Positions 1 to 13,717 of a stretch of 64,000 bases of DNA are shown here, in pieces. Made by a program: the position numbers and the translations under genes. The notes below the pieces were generated by a model. It was given only the letters and a program-made list of their open reading frames with translations, was not told the DNA's origin and did no database searches. Position 1 is the first letter of the stretch. Every line of letters starts with the position of its first letter. Origin of the DNA: Diadema antillarum (lineage: Eukaryota); NCBI RefSeq assembly GCF_040938485.1, contig NW_027271228.1, forward strand, positions 620,001-684,000, given 5' to 3'.

Positions 1-40
1 TGTAGAGCATGTTGTACTCTATACATACTTCATATCTTAA

Positions 41-816
41 CCCTAACTAGGCCGGGCTATTTAGGTAGATCATAGAACTGGGGGGGGGCCTCCTAGGCGC
101 CCCCCCCCCCAGATCTCAGCCGTCGACCGCGCGATCGCGACGAAAATTGGCACACACATAGCCTGTGACGTAAACTCAAGTACTAAGAAGTTTAATTTTT
201 AAAAAAATTATCATTTATGCTAAATTATGCTAATTTATGCATAATGATGCATTTAATTAAATCAGACAATTTGGTATAAATCACTAAAAAAAGCTCAAAA
301 TGGGCACATTTTTGGTGTAAATATTCTTTTTAGTGTCCTGAGCAAATATAAGAGAAAAAAATTGTGCCATCAGAAAAAATTTCGTAAGTATTTTATTGTT
401 TTAATTTTGAATTTCCTATGTATTTCTTTGTTTTTCAACTTTATGTTTTTCATTGTTTTTTTGATGAAACTTGTCCGCGACATTGTTCCACACAAGAAAA
501 TATGTTATTAATGGATTTTAATCAATACAACCCCAAAATAATCATGTTTTTATGAAATTTGCCTGTAAGCACAGTTTGCATTGAAATTGAACACAAATTC
601 ATGTTTTTGAGCAATTTTTGATCTGACATGCAAGTAAAAAATTATGCGCAACTTCGGAACCGCGCACCTGGGTATCGCAAATTTGGTGTCAAAAGATGCG
701 GGAGATTCGAAAGAAAAAAGTCATGAAACGTGGCGGCAATAGCTTTTCGCGTTAGTGATACATCCCGCCGAACGTCGAGGGGGGCCTCCCCCCCCCCCCC
801 CCCGGCCTAGTTAGGG
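41..816. mobile_element. piggyBac-type non-autonomous element (MITE)
   Basis: 16-bp TIRs CCCTAACTAGGCCGGG (41-56) / CCCGGCCTAGTTAGGG (801-816) flanked by TTAA at 37-40 and 817-820; no ORF. Confidence 0.85.
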
Positions 817-1987
817 TTAAAAGAATAGTGGTATGTACATATATGTACAGTTATGCTGCTGTAGTGACACAAGTCTTACAAAGTCGGAAACTCTTCATCA
901 TATATACAACATTGTCACTGTTGACTGTGATGATTTGTAAAACCAATGCAGAATAGTGATTTATGGGCCTGTATGTCTGATTTTTTACATTTCTGTACCC
1001 TTTCTGCATATCAAATGGTGTGAGTGAGTGTTTTTCTTCTGGGGGCTGGGGGCTGGGGGCTGTGTCAAGAGAGATGAAAAATCAGTTAGTGTATGTCACT
1101 CACTGCTATGCACTGCATTACAGAATACTACAAATTGTATGTAGTAGAATAGACCAAAGTGCAGCAGCTGGAATCGAGGGCCTATGAATCATGATGATGC
1201 ACCAGCCTTAGATTGTGGTAAAAAAAAACGCAAATGTTATACCATACACTGTATCAATGGATTGAAAGAGACCACCACTCTTTGAACAGTAAATGAGCTG
1301 AAAATGATAACAAACTGAAAATATGATGTTTAGTGGACTATTTAGTACTACAATGTAGGCTAAATTGATAGTAAATGTGGCCAGTTCATCACTTCTGTTC
1401 TTCTCCATCAGCATGTTCTGGATTTTGTCTCTTATACTGGCATGAATAGAGTTTACTGTGCAGGAGCTGTATGACACCTTTATGTGTTTGACATGGCTGT
1501 ATCTTTTACCGTAGAATCTTAACAGATTGTATTTATTCTTAAAAAGAAATATTTATGTGGTAGGCTGAAGGTAAGACTGAGCTTTAACAAAGATTCATTG
1601 TTAGATGAGGACTCTTCATTGTATTGCATTCTTAGAAATATGTTAAAGTGTTCAAGGTTCTCTGAAATACAATTCATGGCGATTTGTGTTGATTTATGAT
1701 ACCCTCAACATCACTTTTGCGGTGAAATGAATATCTAGAAACATTCCATATATTTTTAACTAATTTTTCATCTATTTTTCTTCAGATTACTTGGGTACAC
1801 CCACAAATAATCCTTCAAAACCAGTATTCCTGTCGGGACCTCATCTGTCAATCATTGCTTAAGTACTGATATGTTTAACAAAAGACATTGGAATGCACCT
1901 TCCCCTCGACCCAGCATAACTTGCATGTTCCCTCGCCGTGTCTTTAGTTAGTCACATTTATATCACAGATACCACAAATATTAATAT

Positions 1988-2039
1988 TTCCCATAGACAC
2001 CTGTCCGAGTATTCTCGGGACTTGTCTTCAATGGGTGAA
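1988..2039. mobile_element. Truncated copy of the ~85-bp piggyBac-type mini-MITE
   Basis: TTTCCCATAGACACCTGTCCGAGTATTCTCGGGACTTGTCTTCAATGGGTGAA is similar to the right half of the copies at 43693 and 45415. Confidence 0.65.
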
Positions 2040-2129
2040 CAAAGTGGTCTACTGACAATTCCTCCCGAAGACACCTATCAGTATCTTACAAGTATGTTTC
2101 ACTAAGTTTGTCTGTTTTGATTTTGACAG

Positions 2130-5100
2130 TATGTGCTGTGGGTACTAGGCTTCACCTTCCCAACACTGTTCCAAGGATGGCAGACTCTTGTTGGATTCCT
2201 CGTGCTACGCTTCATTGCTTCCCTGGGCCACATTGACCTCAGCAGCAATATCAACAGGTATGCAGGCCACTGGCATCTAGATCAATCTTGGAGCAGGTGC
2301 TAGTTTGATTGGTTAAATAGTTCTACACATTTTAGAATTCTTTTCAGAGAGTACCACATCACAGTATTAAAGGGGACCTCTGGATGATATTCAGACTTTT
2401 ACATTTTAACAACTATAAATTAGATCTATACTTAGTACAGAGCTTCAGAATTTATAGTGATTGGGATGAAGAATAAGAATGTTTTCAAAATTTGTAACAA
2501 ATTGCAATGAACAAGGATGATGACATATGGCAGCCTCACCATAAGAATGCATGGGTTGGGGTTCAAGGAAGCAGAACAAAAGAAGAAGGCTTGCATAGAT
2601 TCTACACTGGTGAACTGGTTAAGCAAGCAGTATTGTAATGGAATTACAATGCTACATTTCTGAAATATGTGAGGCTCCTATGTCATCAACACTGTTCAGT
2701 GTAATTTGTTTCAGATTTTCAGAGTATTTGGTTCTTTGCTCAAGGACAACAATAAATTTCACAAATAATGGAACTGTCAATTTGTGTACTGCATAATGTG
2801 AAATTATGAAAATCGTCAGGAAAGCCCCTTTAAATCACACTCAGCATTACATTGAAAGTAGATTCACAGCTTAAGAAATAAAGAATTATAACTTTTGGCA
2901 AAAAGTATCCCACAATTTTGTGACTTGAGTAAAAGGCTGACTGCATACCATAAACTCAGCAGACAGTCTTCAATGCACAGGGGCCAACTGTCGCATGTAA
3001 CAATTCAAGAGCTAAAGGGCATGTGGGCAATTTAATACTGTTACAGTGTATGTTCATTTAGTACTGGGGTCCATTAGTTAAGCCCTTTTTTTAAATGAAT
3101 GATAATCATTTTCATGGATCTGAAGGGCCTTGGTGCTAATTAAATGCACTTGACTTCAATCAGCTAGCATCTGCTGGGATTCTTGGTGCTAACCATATAG
3201 GGCCCTTAAAAAAGACTAAGAGGACATGTTTTTAAAAGCCTATCATATCAAGGGTATGATACAGATTTTAATGGTTGCATTTCTTTCTTCTTCTTTTTTT
3301 TTGGGGGGGGGGGGGCGCTGGAAGGGGGATTAAATTTTTCAGCAATCCTGACTGAATTGTTATCATGCCTTTTCCACTTTATAAAGGTCTGGTCTGCTAC
3401 AATGGATGCCTTTCATGCTTCTCTATGTGCTTGGAGTCTACTCTGGCTCGAGGGCTTTAGCGAGATTGGTCAGTATTGAAAGAATTTCATTGATTTATTA
3501 GTTTTTGTGTCGTCAGCATACCTAGTACATAAAATTGAAAATACAGCAACAATGTGTTACTCACAAAGCAGTATTGATTATGTAATGTAGAGCATTGCTA
3601 AAGCTGATTAAACAAGGCATGATATGTTTGCCGGCTTTCAAATAAAAAGATTGACTGTACATATTTGAAACATATGAGCTATTGCTTGAGTGAAGAAGAA
3701 GAGAAAGGAAAGAGAGCAGTAATATCAACTAAGAATGAAAGATCGGCAATACATTGTGCTCCCGTTATAATGAACACGGTTATAAAAAAATTTTGGTCAC
3801 AACAAAGTAAATATTCAGGCTGCAACATTATTCAGTCTATGTTTTCTATTGTTTATTTGTTCGGTTATAATAAATTTTTGATATAACGAAAGAAAACTGC
3901 CGGTCCCGAGGACTTTGTTATAACAGGAGTCCACTGTATCAACATCATATCCCCCTCATGAACAATGTCTATGGTATCCCCTCAAGGCCAAGTAACATGA
4001 TGTAATGTAAATGGAGGTATATCTTCTGACAAACTCCACTATCAACCTAGCAAGAAACATGTGCACTACCTGCAATAGGTAAGGTTTGTTTTGTTTTAAT
4101 TGTTTGTTTGTCTCTCACACTTTTCCAGCCAGTACCAGTCTTTGTCTGTCTTCAAGGGGCTGTGGAGGTGATATCGGCTCTTAGCATGGCGGTGCTTCAT
4201 AGACGCACCCCAAAAATACAGTTAGCATGCAGGTGGGTGCATATGTTGATGTCATGCAAATGATCAAATCTACCTCATCACCTTTTTTAGAAATGTGGGG
4301 AATGTCTTTTACATATATTTCAAGTTATACAAGGAATTTATTTGATATTTGATATCAGTGCTTGTTATGCAAGTTGCTATTTGAGAGAAAAATAATGGAT
4401 ATTTTACTATAAGATGAGGAGGCCTATCAAATGGAGAATTTCATGTGTACCGTAAATCCTGTATAGCAGTGCTTCTGGAATATTGCAACTCTTTGTTTTG
4501 ATGTCGCACTCAGTTTAAGAAAACATAGTAGTAACATAAGAGCTTATACATTTCTTTACCTAAAAGTTGGTCCAGGTAGAAGCATTGGAAATTGCATACT
4601 ACCTTTTCAAAGCAAAAGGTAGCAAGATGCATGTCTATACATAGAACTGAACAGTGGCTCAAATGAAATAAATTGTTCTCTTTTTTTTTTAACAGTTGGG
4701 TGATCATTTCAGTGTCATGCATCACAATATGGCTGACAGATCCTCAGGTGAGTAGAAAGATGGGAAACCGTCGGCCCACTTTCCTGATATTGTATTATTC
4801 ATACTTTCTCAATAAAGGTATTGTGTGACCAATGGTTACTTGCTTTGGATAAATCCAAGATTACCCCCATTCATGTGCAGCAACATCTGTTACATTCAAT
4901 TTTCCAATGTCATGAGGTGTGTGTGGGTATCATAGACTGAATTATCGTAGTAAATCTGGCAGATTGAAAAAAAAGACTTGACAGAAAAGTTTAGATGGTC
5001 CATATGTAGTTAGTATGTGTAACAAGTAGTCTAGTAAACACTTCCTTACACACTTCCTAACACTGAATAAATGAAAAAATATTTGTTGCCATCATTAAAC

Positions 5101-8100
5101 AAATTTGTCTTCCATTTCTAGAATTGGTCATTGTCATTTTGCTGTTTGTATTATACATTGCATCAGGATCATAGTGCTGTTTGGATGAGGTTAACAAAAT
5201 TCAATGGGACCTACAAAATGGAAAGTTTGCATCAAAGTAACAAAATTTCTGGATCACTGAATGATAAGGCATCCCTGCAGCAGAGTCAGTACCATTATCT
5301 CTCTGGGCTTATCAGTTGATCATAAATTATTGAGAAATTATCATATTGAGATTATTTGTGTATGTCTGCTATTTCATTTCCTCCTCGACAGTATGACCAA
5401 AGTGGATACAATTGGATGTTGTATCATGTGGTTGTTGGGAGCCAAAGTGCAATATATGTTAGACTGCAGAAAACAGTATTACTCAGGTAAGCATCAGATT
5501 AGATTTATAATCATGCACTGTTGATAATATGGTAGATGAAAGATTATCAGTCCAGATTATACAATATCTAACAACAACAAAAAAGAAGAAGAAAAGATCC
5601 TTGCAATACCTGACATTTGCTAGAGAGTATCATTGTAGGTTTGAACATGCTATAGTTTTGTAGAGCAGTTTTGGGTAGCACATGCCATCATGTACATGAT
5701 AAGCTTTCAGTCAAACTTGCAGTTTTGTTCCATAGCCATCTGTGTTTGTCACAACATACATAGCGTTGCAGTGCGCACTCAATCAGCTACCAGCACACGC
5801 TCATTCATGTAATACCAACAATAACTCAGCAGAATGATTTCTGGTATGACTGTACCAACAAAGATTCTCCTATGTAAAAGAATGTTTTAACTCCACATTG
5901 ATTTTGTCTCACATTTATCGTACCCTACATGGACAGTGTTAAAGCACCGTTTCTTGTTCTTATTTGTTTTATTGTATGTTTGTTAACAAGTGATACTGGT
6001 TATTTTCAGGCATCATATCACATATGATACAGAGACTATAGTGCCTTCTTTGAGTCATACGGGTGTATCTGTGATAATGTTGGCAAATTGTATAGTAAAA
6101 TATTGTCTTTTTGTGTCACACACAATTTTGTTTTCTTTCCCATGAAATGTATGTGGAGTGATGCACATTCTGGTGTGTTTGGCTCATATTCAGTAAGGGA
6201 ACACATTGTAAAATCCCATTAGTATAATCTCTTCCAAATGAGGCATTAGGCTTACATTTTCATTCAAGCTGTTCATATCTTGAGTCACTGCCTTAACACT
6301 CCAGGGCCCCGTTGCAAGAAAGTTGCAATCAATTGCAAATAATTGCTAATTTTGAAACAACCATTCTGATTGGCTCAGGGTCTTCCCTACTAAGAAGACA
6401 TGCATGCAACGATGATTTTGATTGGCCAGTGACAATCAGTTGCAAGTTGCGTTTAAGCGCGAAGTTTCTAGCAACGGGGCCCAGATGTGCTTTGCCAGAT
6501 AAAGTGTTTTTGGTTTTGAGTGAAACATGCAGTGCTTCTTGTTGCCATGCATAGTCAATCCAAGCTGCTGAGCAAATTCCACGATGAATTTCCTGAATTT
6601 TTATCAATCACATTCTCTCATCCTCACACTGGTGTCTCATTTTAGTGACATAGACCGCCTTCATTATGTGTATGCCTTCAGTGTCTTCCTCTTCGCTCCT
6701 GGAAGTTTCTTCCTCGGTAAGAAAAATTGGATACGTCTTCCTTTAGTTGTAGAAATGTAAACTAACAATCTAAATATTAAGGGATGCATTTTTGATCTTG
6801 TCCATTTGTCTGTCTGCTTCTGTCTGCTATCCATCATTGAAAAAACAAAAACCAAAACAAATGAAAATAAAGTTTGAATTGAATCGAAATCGTCTTGTTT
6901 TAAAACTATGCCTAAATAGTTGCTTGACCTCACATTAAGGTCAAAGGTCAAAATATATATATTTTTAAATGTTTGTAATATATGCAAATCTAAACCCAAA
7001 AATATCCCAAGGAAAGGTACGCAAACCAATTATGAGCATTGTCTTTGATGTAGCAGTTTGTTGGAATAAACTTTAAGCATCATGATGCTGAAATCACTAG
7101 TTACTTGAAAGTCAAGAGTCAATGTTTAGATTTTCCATATTTGTGAGATTACAATCTCCAGAAGCACGTGAGAAGTTTGTCCTAACAAGGTGGTGTATAA
7201 TGACAAAAGAAATTCCTCAAGTGGATTTAGGGCTTCCTGTTGTAAAGGTTAGGGAATGAAAGTCGTTACCAAGCCTTGTAGAGCTGTGGAGAAAAAGGTG
7301 GAGAAAATCAATCACAAAGTGGAAAGAATTTGAGAAGTACATGTACAATTACAAGTCATTTGCAACATATTGTCTCTAGTTTAGGTTTTTTTTCTTCTCA
7401 ACTAACTGCTCTTGAGGAAGAAATTGTTAGATGTTCTTAATCTGTCTGTATCAGCCAGTATCGTACCTAATTGATTTGTTGATTGAGTTGGATTGTTTTC
7501 AAGACACTCACACATGCTGAACTTAAAAAAAAAGAAGCAATTTAAGCAAAAGCAAAGCATGTGTTTCAAGTAATTTGTGCATGGGTAGTGTAGGAAAACT
7601 GTAAAAATGTTTATAGTGATATAGATATCGTATACTGTATATTTGTTACATTGTCTGTGTTTCTTTCATTTTAAGTCACAGTGAATTTCCATAACATAAT
7701 TACATGTCAGTTTCTTTTTCCTAACTTTCCTTATTTTCCCCCTCTCTCACCAGGTGACCTAACATCATCAGCAGCATTTCCCCATTGGTATCTCCATCAT
7801 TTCTATGTAGGCTGTATCATGAGGTGAGAACTATTTGATCATCGCTTTTCAAAAGCTGTGCATGAAATTCACGGACAACTCCATGGTTTTAGATCAAGGA
7901 GTGGCACTTACACAATTTTATTTAACTCTCTGAGGAACACCATTTCAAAATGCTGTTGACATTAAATACAGTAGGGTTACCATTGGTATGTGATGAGTTA
8001 AAGAAAGGTGTTCTTTTGCCTGCTTTAGATGTGTCAGTGTTCACCATTCAAGCTGGTATGAAACCTCCATATCAAAACGGTCTTCCTTGCAACCCCCATC

Positions 8101-9059
8101 CCACCCCAATAAAAAAACAACAGCAACAACATCAGGATTCTAAATGTGCGCATTATTGAAGAAAGGAACATATGTGTCTTCCTTGACAATTGGATAATTT
8201 CAAATTAGTTTGAAGAATTTGTTGATAGGGATTTCAAACCTCATAGTGAAGCTGCCGAGTATCAATTATACTACATGTATATTTTATCTTTCTAATAGCA
8301 GGGTAACTATTTGTTTTTTCTTTCCTGCAGTGGCATTCTTGGAGTGAGTTTATCCCTCTGTCACCTGTATATGGAATACACTCATCCGGAATATGCTGTC
8401 TCTCTCACGGTTGCTGCTGCCAAGGTCTTGTGTGTGGGTGTCTCCAATCTGCTCTACCTGACTGTGTATAACACCAACTTCTTTCTTAGGTAAGTGCTGC
8501 TGGCAGATTTGACCCAGACAAGAATTGCTTAGAAAAAGATCAGTTCTATGGTGAAATTACAGTCCTATGTAAAAGAGAATCTCCATTTTTTTGGTCAAGT
8601 TGACTTTATTGAGAAATGTCGAGTCAAACAGAACGATGAGATATTCACTGAAATCAGACAAAATGTATGGAGCTATGAAGTTCAACATGTCTTCACTAAA
8701 CAAGTCTGGGTCACATTCACAAATGCAAATAAAAAAAAAGAGGATGATGTCATCTCTCTCAAAAGTATAAAATGAAGTCATTCTTTTGTTACCAAGCAAG
8801 CTCTTATAAACCACCTGCCCTCTTGAAAGTATTCATTGTCAAATCATGGCAATCTATGATACAATTGATATCACTGTTCTGGGGGGGGGGGGGGGGGGGA
8901 TATTGATATTAAAATCTCTGTATAAAGTCTTTTTTTTTTGCATGGCAACGTCATAAGATTTTAAATTGACTGTGATTTAGGTCTAGTTGTGATATGGACA
9001 AATGAATCATAGATAGTCTCAGGACACAATATAAATATATGCATTTATGTAAGTATGTA

Positions 9060-9095
<36 letters not shown>

Positions 9096-9337
9096 CTTAT
9101 GTATATGCGCATGTTTGATAGATGTATGTAATCTGCGCATCTATCTAGTATGTGTAGTGTATACACCTGTAATAGATCTTTACATACCTTTTGTAATGTA
9201 CTCTCTTTGTTCCTTTTGCTAGTTTATTTTTCAGCCTTGCAGGACAACTCATAAATGCTATTGCCAGGCACGATGTTGGAGGAGAGGGCACAGAGGATGA
9301 TGTGGGAGTGAGCAAAGTGGACAAAGAGCAAGCATAG
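2130..9337 (+). CDS. TMEM241: TMEM241 / SLC35D4-like nucleotide-sugar transporter, 5'-partial; join(2130..2257,3387..3468,4129..4232,4696..4747,5392..5486,6646..6716,7754..7823,8331..8489,9235..9337)
   Basis: Nine GT-AG exons, phases consistent, 864 nt ending in TAG at 9335-9337. Translation YVLWVLGFTFPTLFQGWQTLVG...WMPFMLLYVLGVYSGSRALARLPVPVF...TDPQYDQSGYNW...SDIDRLHYVYAFS...GDL..FPHWYLHHFYVGCIMSGILG...AAAK matches recalled TMEM241 motifs (YVLSVLKFTYPTLFQGWQTL, YAGSRALSRL, DIDQQYLNYIFS). The exon encoding the first ~20-25 residues was not found. Confidence 0.9.
2371..2829. mobile_element. Kolobok-type MITE (TTAA TSD, AG termini)
   Basis: Imperfect TIRs AGGGGACCTCTGGATGATATTCA / TGAAAATCGTCAGGAAAGCCCCT, TTAA at 2367-2370 and 2830-2833; in a TMEM241 intron. 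Confidence 0.65.
3752..3936. mobile_element. Tc1/pogo(Tigger)-type MITE, copy 1 of 3
   Basis: TA flanks, termini CATTGTGCTCCCGTTATAA / TTATAACAGGAGTCCACTG; related copies at 12314-12476 (reverse) and 45909-46093. Confidence 0.7.
6305..6481. mobile_element. PIF/Harbinger-type MITE
   Basis: TIRs GGCCCCGTTGCAAGAAA / TTTCTAGCAACGGGGCC with 3-bp CAG duplication at 6302-6304 and 6482-6484. Confidence 0.75.
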
Positions 9338-9496
9338 CAAATGGAATTGTGCCACACAGGGACATACTTGTTTGTAGAGGGAGCTCTAACACACCTTGAA
9401 TTATTAGAATTCCTTTGTATTCAGAGTAGCATCAACCTGTGACAATTTGTTCATTGTGCGGTCCGTACTCATCTGATCAGCGCACAAAGACAATAA

Positions 9497-9882
9497 AGGG
9501 ATTGTATAGTTTTGGTTGAAACCTATTTTCAGGTTTCTAACATTTTTGGGTGAGGTAATGAGAAACCTCGTATGAAATATGAAAGAGCATGTAATTCTAT
9601 AAGGAATTCAACGTTTATTTGATGAAAATTGGTTTTGAAATGGCCGAGATATCAAAAAAAGAGCGATTCTGATAAAGTGTGGGTTTGACCCACACTTTAT
9701 TACGATCGCTTCGTTTTACTTTGTTTTTGGATGTTTCAGTGATTCCAAACGTGAATTTCATCAAATAAACTTTGAATTCCTCTTAAAATGGTATGCTCTG
9801 TACTATATCATAAGTGTTTTCTTGGTATCTCGCAAAAAGTTAAAAGCCCAATTCTCATCTCCACCAATACTGTACCATCCCT
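9497..9882. mobile_element. Kolobok-type MITE of the AGGGATGGTA family
   Basis: TIRs AGGGATTGTATAGTTTTGGTTGAA / ATCTCCACCAATACTGTACCATCCCT, TTAA at 9883-9886; related pieces at ~13350-13605, 34385-34767 and ~58800-58932. Confidence 0.7.
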
Positions 9883-12313
9883 TTAATGAGTAGGAAGTGC
9901 TGAACCAAAAAGTATCACAACAATATGAAGAAGTGGCAATTCCATCCTAAGCTCTGCATCGTGTTTACGCACACTTTTAGTGTGAATGGATCTCAAGGAA
10001 TCTCAGGAATACATGTCTTGAACCTCCTCTTCAACCATAAGTGCACAGAAATGTCAACTCCTTTTTATTTTGTCACAGTTTCCTAGAGTAACAGGCACCA
10101 TAGTCCTTTACATGCATGCTATTACTAGGAAGAACACATCAACTTCAGTACTTAGATGGAAGCATGATGGGGATAGCACCTTGAATGTAAATGTAGTTAG
10201 GTAAGCTACTGAAAAAGACTTGAAGAGTTTGTTCGCAAAAACCGATAAGTCCATATTTGCCAAATGGAGATATTTGCAATTAAAGGTCAAGAAAAATAAA
10301 GAGAATAATAAGAAAATTTTTGCTTCTTTTGACCATAACTTCAAAAATGTACCTTTATATGTAGTGACCAATATATCATTTAAAAGGTATTATTTTGTAC
10401 TTTATGACAGAGACTGTACTTCAAAATCTTCAAATATGGACATCAGTTTTTGCGAACAAACTCTGCACTTGTTATCACAGCTAGTTTGTATGCCTCAGTG
10501 TTTTCAGGACAATTCTTTATAGGCATTACAGAGTAGAGAACATCACACAAAGTGTGCTAATCCTGTGGTAATTAGCTCATATACTTTCAGATTCACTCTT
10601 CAGCAAATCCCCAAAATAGATGAGTTTAAACCGCATACCCTAAATGTCACCTCATTGCCCTTCAGTAAAACTGCTTCTATTCTGAGACAATGTGTTTCAC
10701 AGTAATCTGTTGAGTTTTCAGTTGTTCTGACTTTTATTTATTTTCTGCTGAAATTCCTGGAGTAGGCCACACATTGTTCATTATTATTTTTGTCTTATAG
10801 AAGATGACAAACAAAATAGGTGTTAAACCAACCTGAGGCTTGCCAACAGATGATGAAATGGGAGTAATTACTCCCTAGCCAGTGTGCTTTAACTTGTTTT
10901 TCTATTCATGTGGACAGTCTTTTCACTCAGAAAGTAACGTTGGGCATTTGTACTCACCGTCATGTCATGTATGTACTGTTGTGTGCAACACAAGAAAATC
11001 ATGCTATGTCAGGCCTAATTTTGAAGATCAGCGGCATGACATATTTATGCATAATATAATGTATGAAGACAGTATTCCTGCACATGCTTCAGCGGCATTA
11101 ATCTAGGTGCTGATAGTTTTTATGCGTCCCTGTAAAATTAATATCATCTTTAACTGAAAATGCATGAACGATTTTTAGTAGGCCTAATGTCAGAATAGAA
11201 AGATTACATGAGCAAGTGTGTGTGCACTATTCTGAATGGCTAATTGTGGGATGTTAGATATATTCTTGGTCATATAGCTCAATAGAATAAGAATCTAACA
11301 ATTTCTTGAAGACCACCAATTTTTACCAAGATCTTTACAGACAAAGGATACCAAATATCATAAAGCTACCACTTTCTGAACATGAGTATGCCATGTGATT
11401 GTCAATTGATTGACAGAGTGATAGTTGCCAATGAAAACAGATATGAAGCAACCTTGTAATGTTTTCTTATATTAGTGTCCTGCATTGTATAATGTTCCTC
11501 AAACTCTTCCACTGTACATGTTTATCATGCAGTGGTGTGAACTAGTTTCTATCATACAGGGCATTTACATTACAACTCATGCCATATACATGTAATGTAT
11601 TAATATAAATGATTGTTGAGCAGTACACATGCACATTCTTAGCCAGTCCAATGTGAATAACGAAAATAAATTTGATATATCAAATGCCAGGTGATGTTTC
11701 AGAAAACGATCCTTGCAAAATGTAGGATTTACATAATGCAAAAGTCATATCTTGTTTCTTGCTGGTCTCTGTGTTGTACCCTCATGTTTTGGTTCAAAAG
11801 TATGTGTACGTATGTATGTGGCCGAGTAGTTTATAAAATCAAATTGAAATTGTCTCAAGTTTCAATAACTTTATTGCCTTTGCTTCAAATGGACTCTGCA
11901 TGAGCTTGGTAACAAAAAAAAATACTGGTAGTTGTATTAATAGCAAGTTGAAATGTTGTCATGGTAGCTTCATGTTATTTGTGAGACTAGTCTCTGTATA
12001 ACGTTTTGCATAATACATTTTGAAGATGTATGCGATTTTAATACTTATGCATCATATTTGAGATGTATGAAATTCTGATGTGAAAATGACATTGATACGA
12101 TTGCACATATTATTTTTTATCATGACCACAAATCTGTATCGACTTTAAATGATTTCTTGCCTTCCCACTAAAACTCCAGTATTGCATACTGAGAGGGAAA
12201 TTCACTCCTGGTATTGTGCTGCTTAGTATGAAAACAGAAAAATCTGAAATGTAGAGATGCAAAAAATTTAGGAGAAAAACTAGACACATGAAAAAAAAAA
12301 AGTTTAGAGAGTA

Positions 12314-12476
12314 CAGTCAACTCCTGTTGTAACAAAGTCCTCGCAACTGGCAATTTCTTTCGTTATAACCGAACGAATAAACAATAAGAAACATAGAGCA
12401 GATGACGTTGAGACCTGAATTTTTACGTTGTAACTGGAATTTCATTATAACTGTTCATTGTAACAGAAGTGCACTG
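12314..12476. mobile_element. Tc1/pogo-type MITE, copy 2 (reverse orientation)
   Basis: TA|CAGTCAACTCCTGTTGTAAC ... TTGTAACAGAAGTGCACTG|TA. Confidence 0.7.
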
Positions 12477-13349
12477 TACAACAAATTGGCAATTTTGTGT
12501 CATGTAGGTGGCTTTTTGTTTTTGCGAGCTTGATTTTTTTTTCACCCAAAATCTACTGAGTTTTCAGTTTCCATAAAGTAACATAATACCAGGTTAGCAT
12601 TTCTATTAGGCACATTGCCTCTGAGAGATGATAATTCTCCATAGATCTGATACATAGCACATATGGTTCTAGTAATTTCTGGGGTCATTGCTGGCAATAA
12701 TATTATTTCTTTTTGGAAGTTGACAAGCTTACCCACCCTGCCCAGTGTGAGAGAATTAGTAACACAGTATTTGGGTAACAATGCACCCAGTGCCTCATGA
12801 TATGCAAATCAATACACATGTATGCGAGTAGCTGTTTAATTTTTCAGTCTGTTGCTTAAAAAATCAAGTGCACATATTATAGATCATGTACTTCGATCAC
12901 TTGTAACATAACTCAAAGTGGTAATGGACATTGTGTGTGTGTATGTATGTATGCTTCTGTTCAACACAAAGTGGAATAAACTGGTCACAGTTTTTTTTTA
13001 ACAAAACAAAAAAATGATGACAACTGATATCCTATTCTGTTCTTTTCTGTTTGAATGATTGTTGGAACTCAAGTTCAAGTTAAATGTTACTTTGATGAAG
13101 ACCATACTTTAGTTTCAGAGTACATGTATTTGACTTTTATGAGCCAGATTTCACGTCCTATTCTAGTGTGTTACATGTATTTATTAAGATTTTCTTTTGG
13201 CTTATTGATGATGATACGAATGATTCGCAGCATTTGTATGGCGCCATATATCGATTTAAAAAAAACATTCAAAGGCGCAGACTCCCCCAGAAAGTTAGCA
13301 TTTGAATGCCTGGTGAAAATGTGAATCCTGAGCAAGGCTTTGAATGGTC

Positions 13350-13605
13350 TTTGAATTCTAAGAAGAATTCAACATTTATTTGATGACAAACAAAAACAAA
13401 GTGGTCCTGATAAAAGGTGGATCCCATGTTTTATCAGAAACTCCTTATTTTGGATATCTCAGCCACTTCAATTTCATCAAATAAACTTTGAATTCCTCTT
13501 AGAATTGTATAGGCTTTAATATTTCATGAGAGGTTTCTCATTATCACTGAAAAGTTGGAAACCTGAAGCCCAATCTCAACTAAAACTACCTGGTATACCA
13601 TCCCT
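13350..13605. mobile_element. Partial Kolobok-type MITE (right end retained)
   Basis: Shares internal TTTCATCAAATAAACTTTGAATTCCTCTT with 9497-9882 and ends TATACCATCCCT|TTAA. Confidence 0.6.
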
Positions 13606-13717
13606 TTAATGTCTCATCATCAATCTAAGAATGTTGACAAATATCACACTCATAATATGCATTTTGTGCCATACAAATGTCTGTGTGTTGTCTGTGTGTT
13701 CACAGACCATACATTAA

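Noticed and set aside
1786-2095. Exon-like segments upstream of TMEM241
   Set aside because: No frame resembles the TMEM241 N-terminus, and the donor at ~2092 would leave a 38-nt intron.
10108-10522. Overlapping 87-aa and 100-aa ORFs downstream of TMEM241
   Set aside because: AT-rich, no motif or splice support; likely UTR or intergenic.
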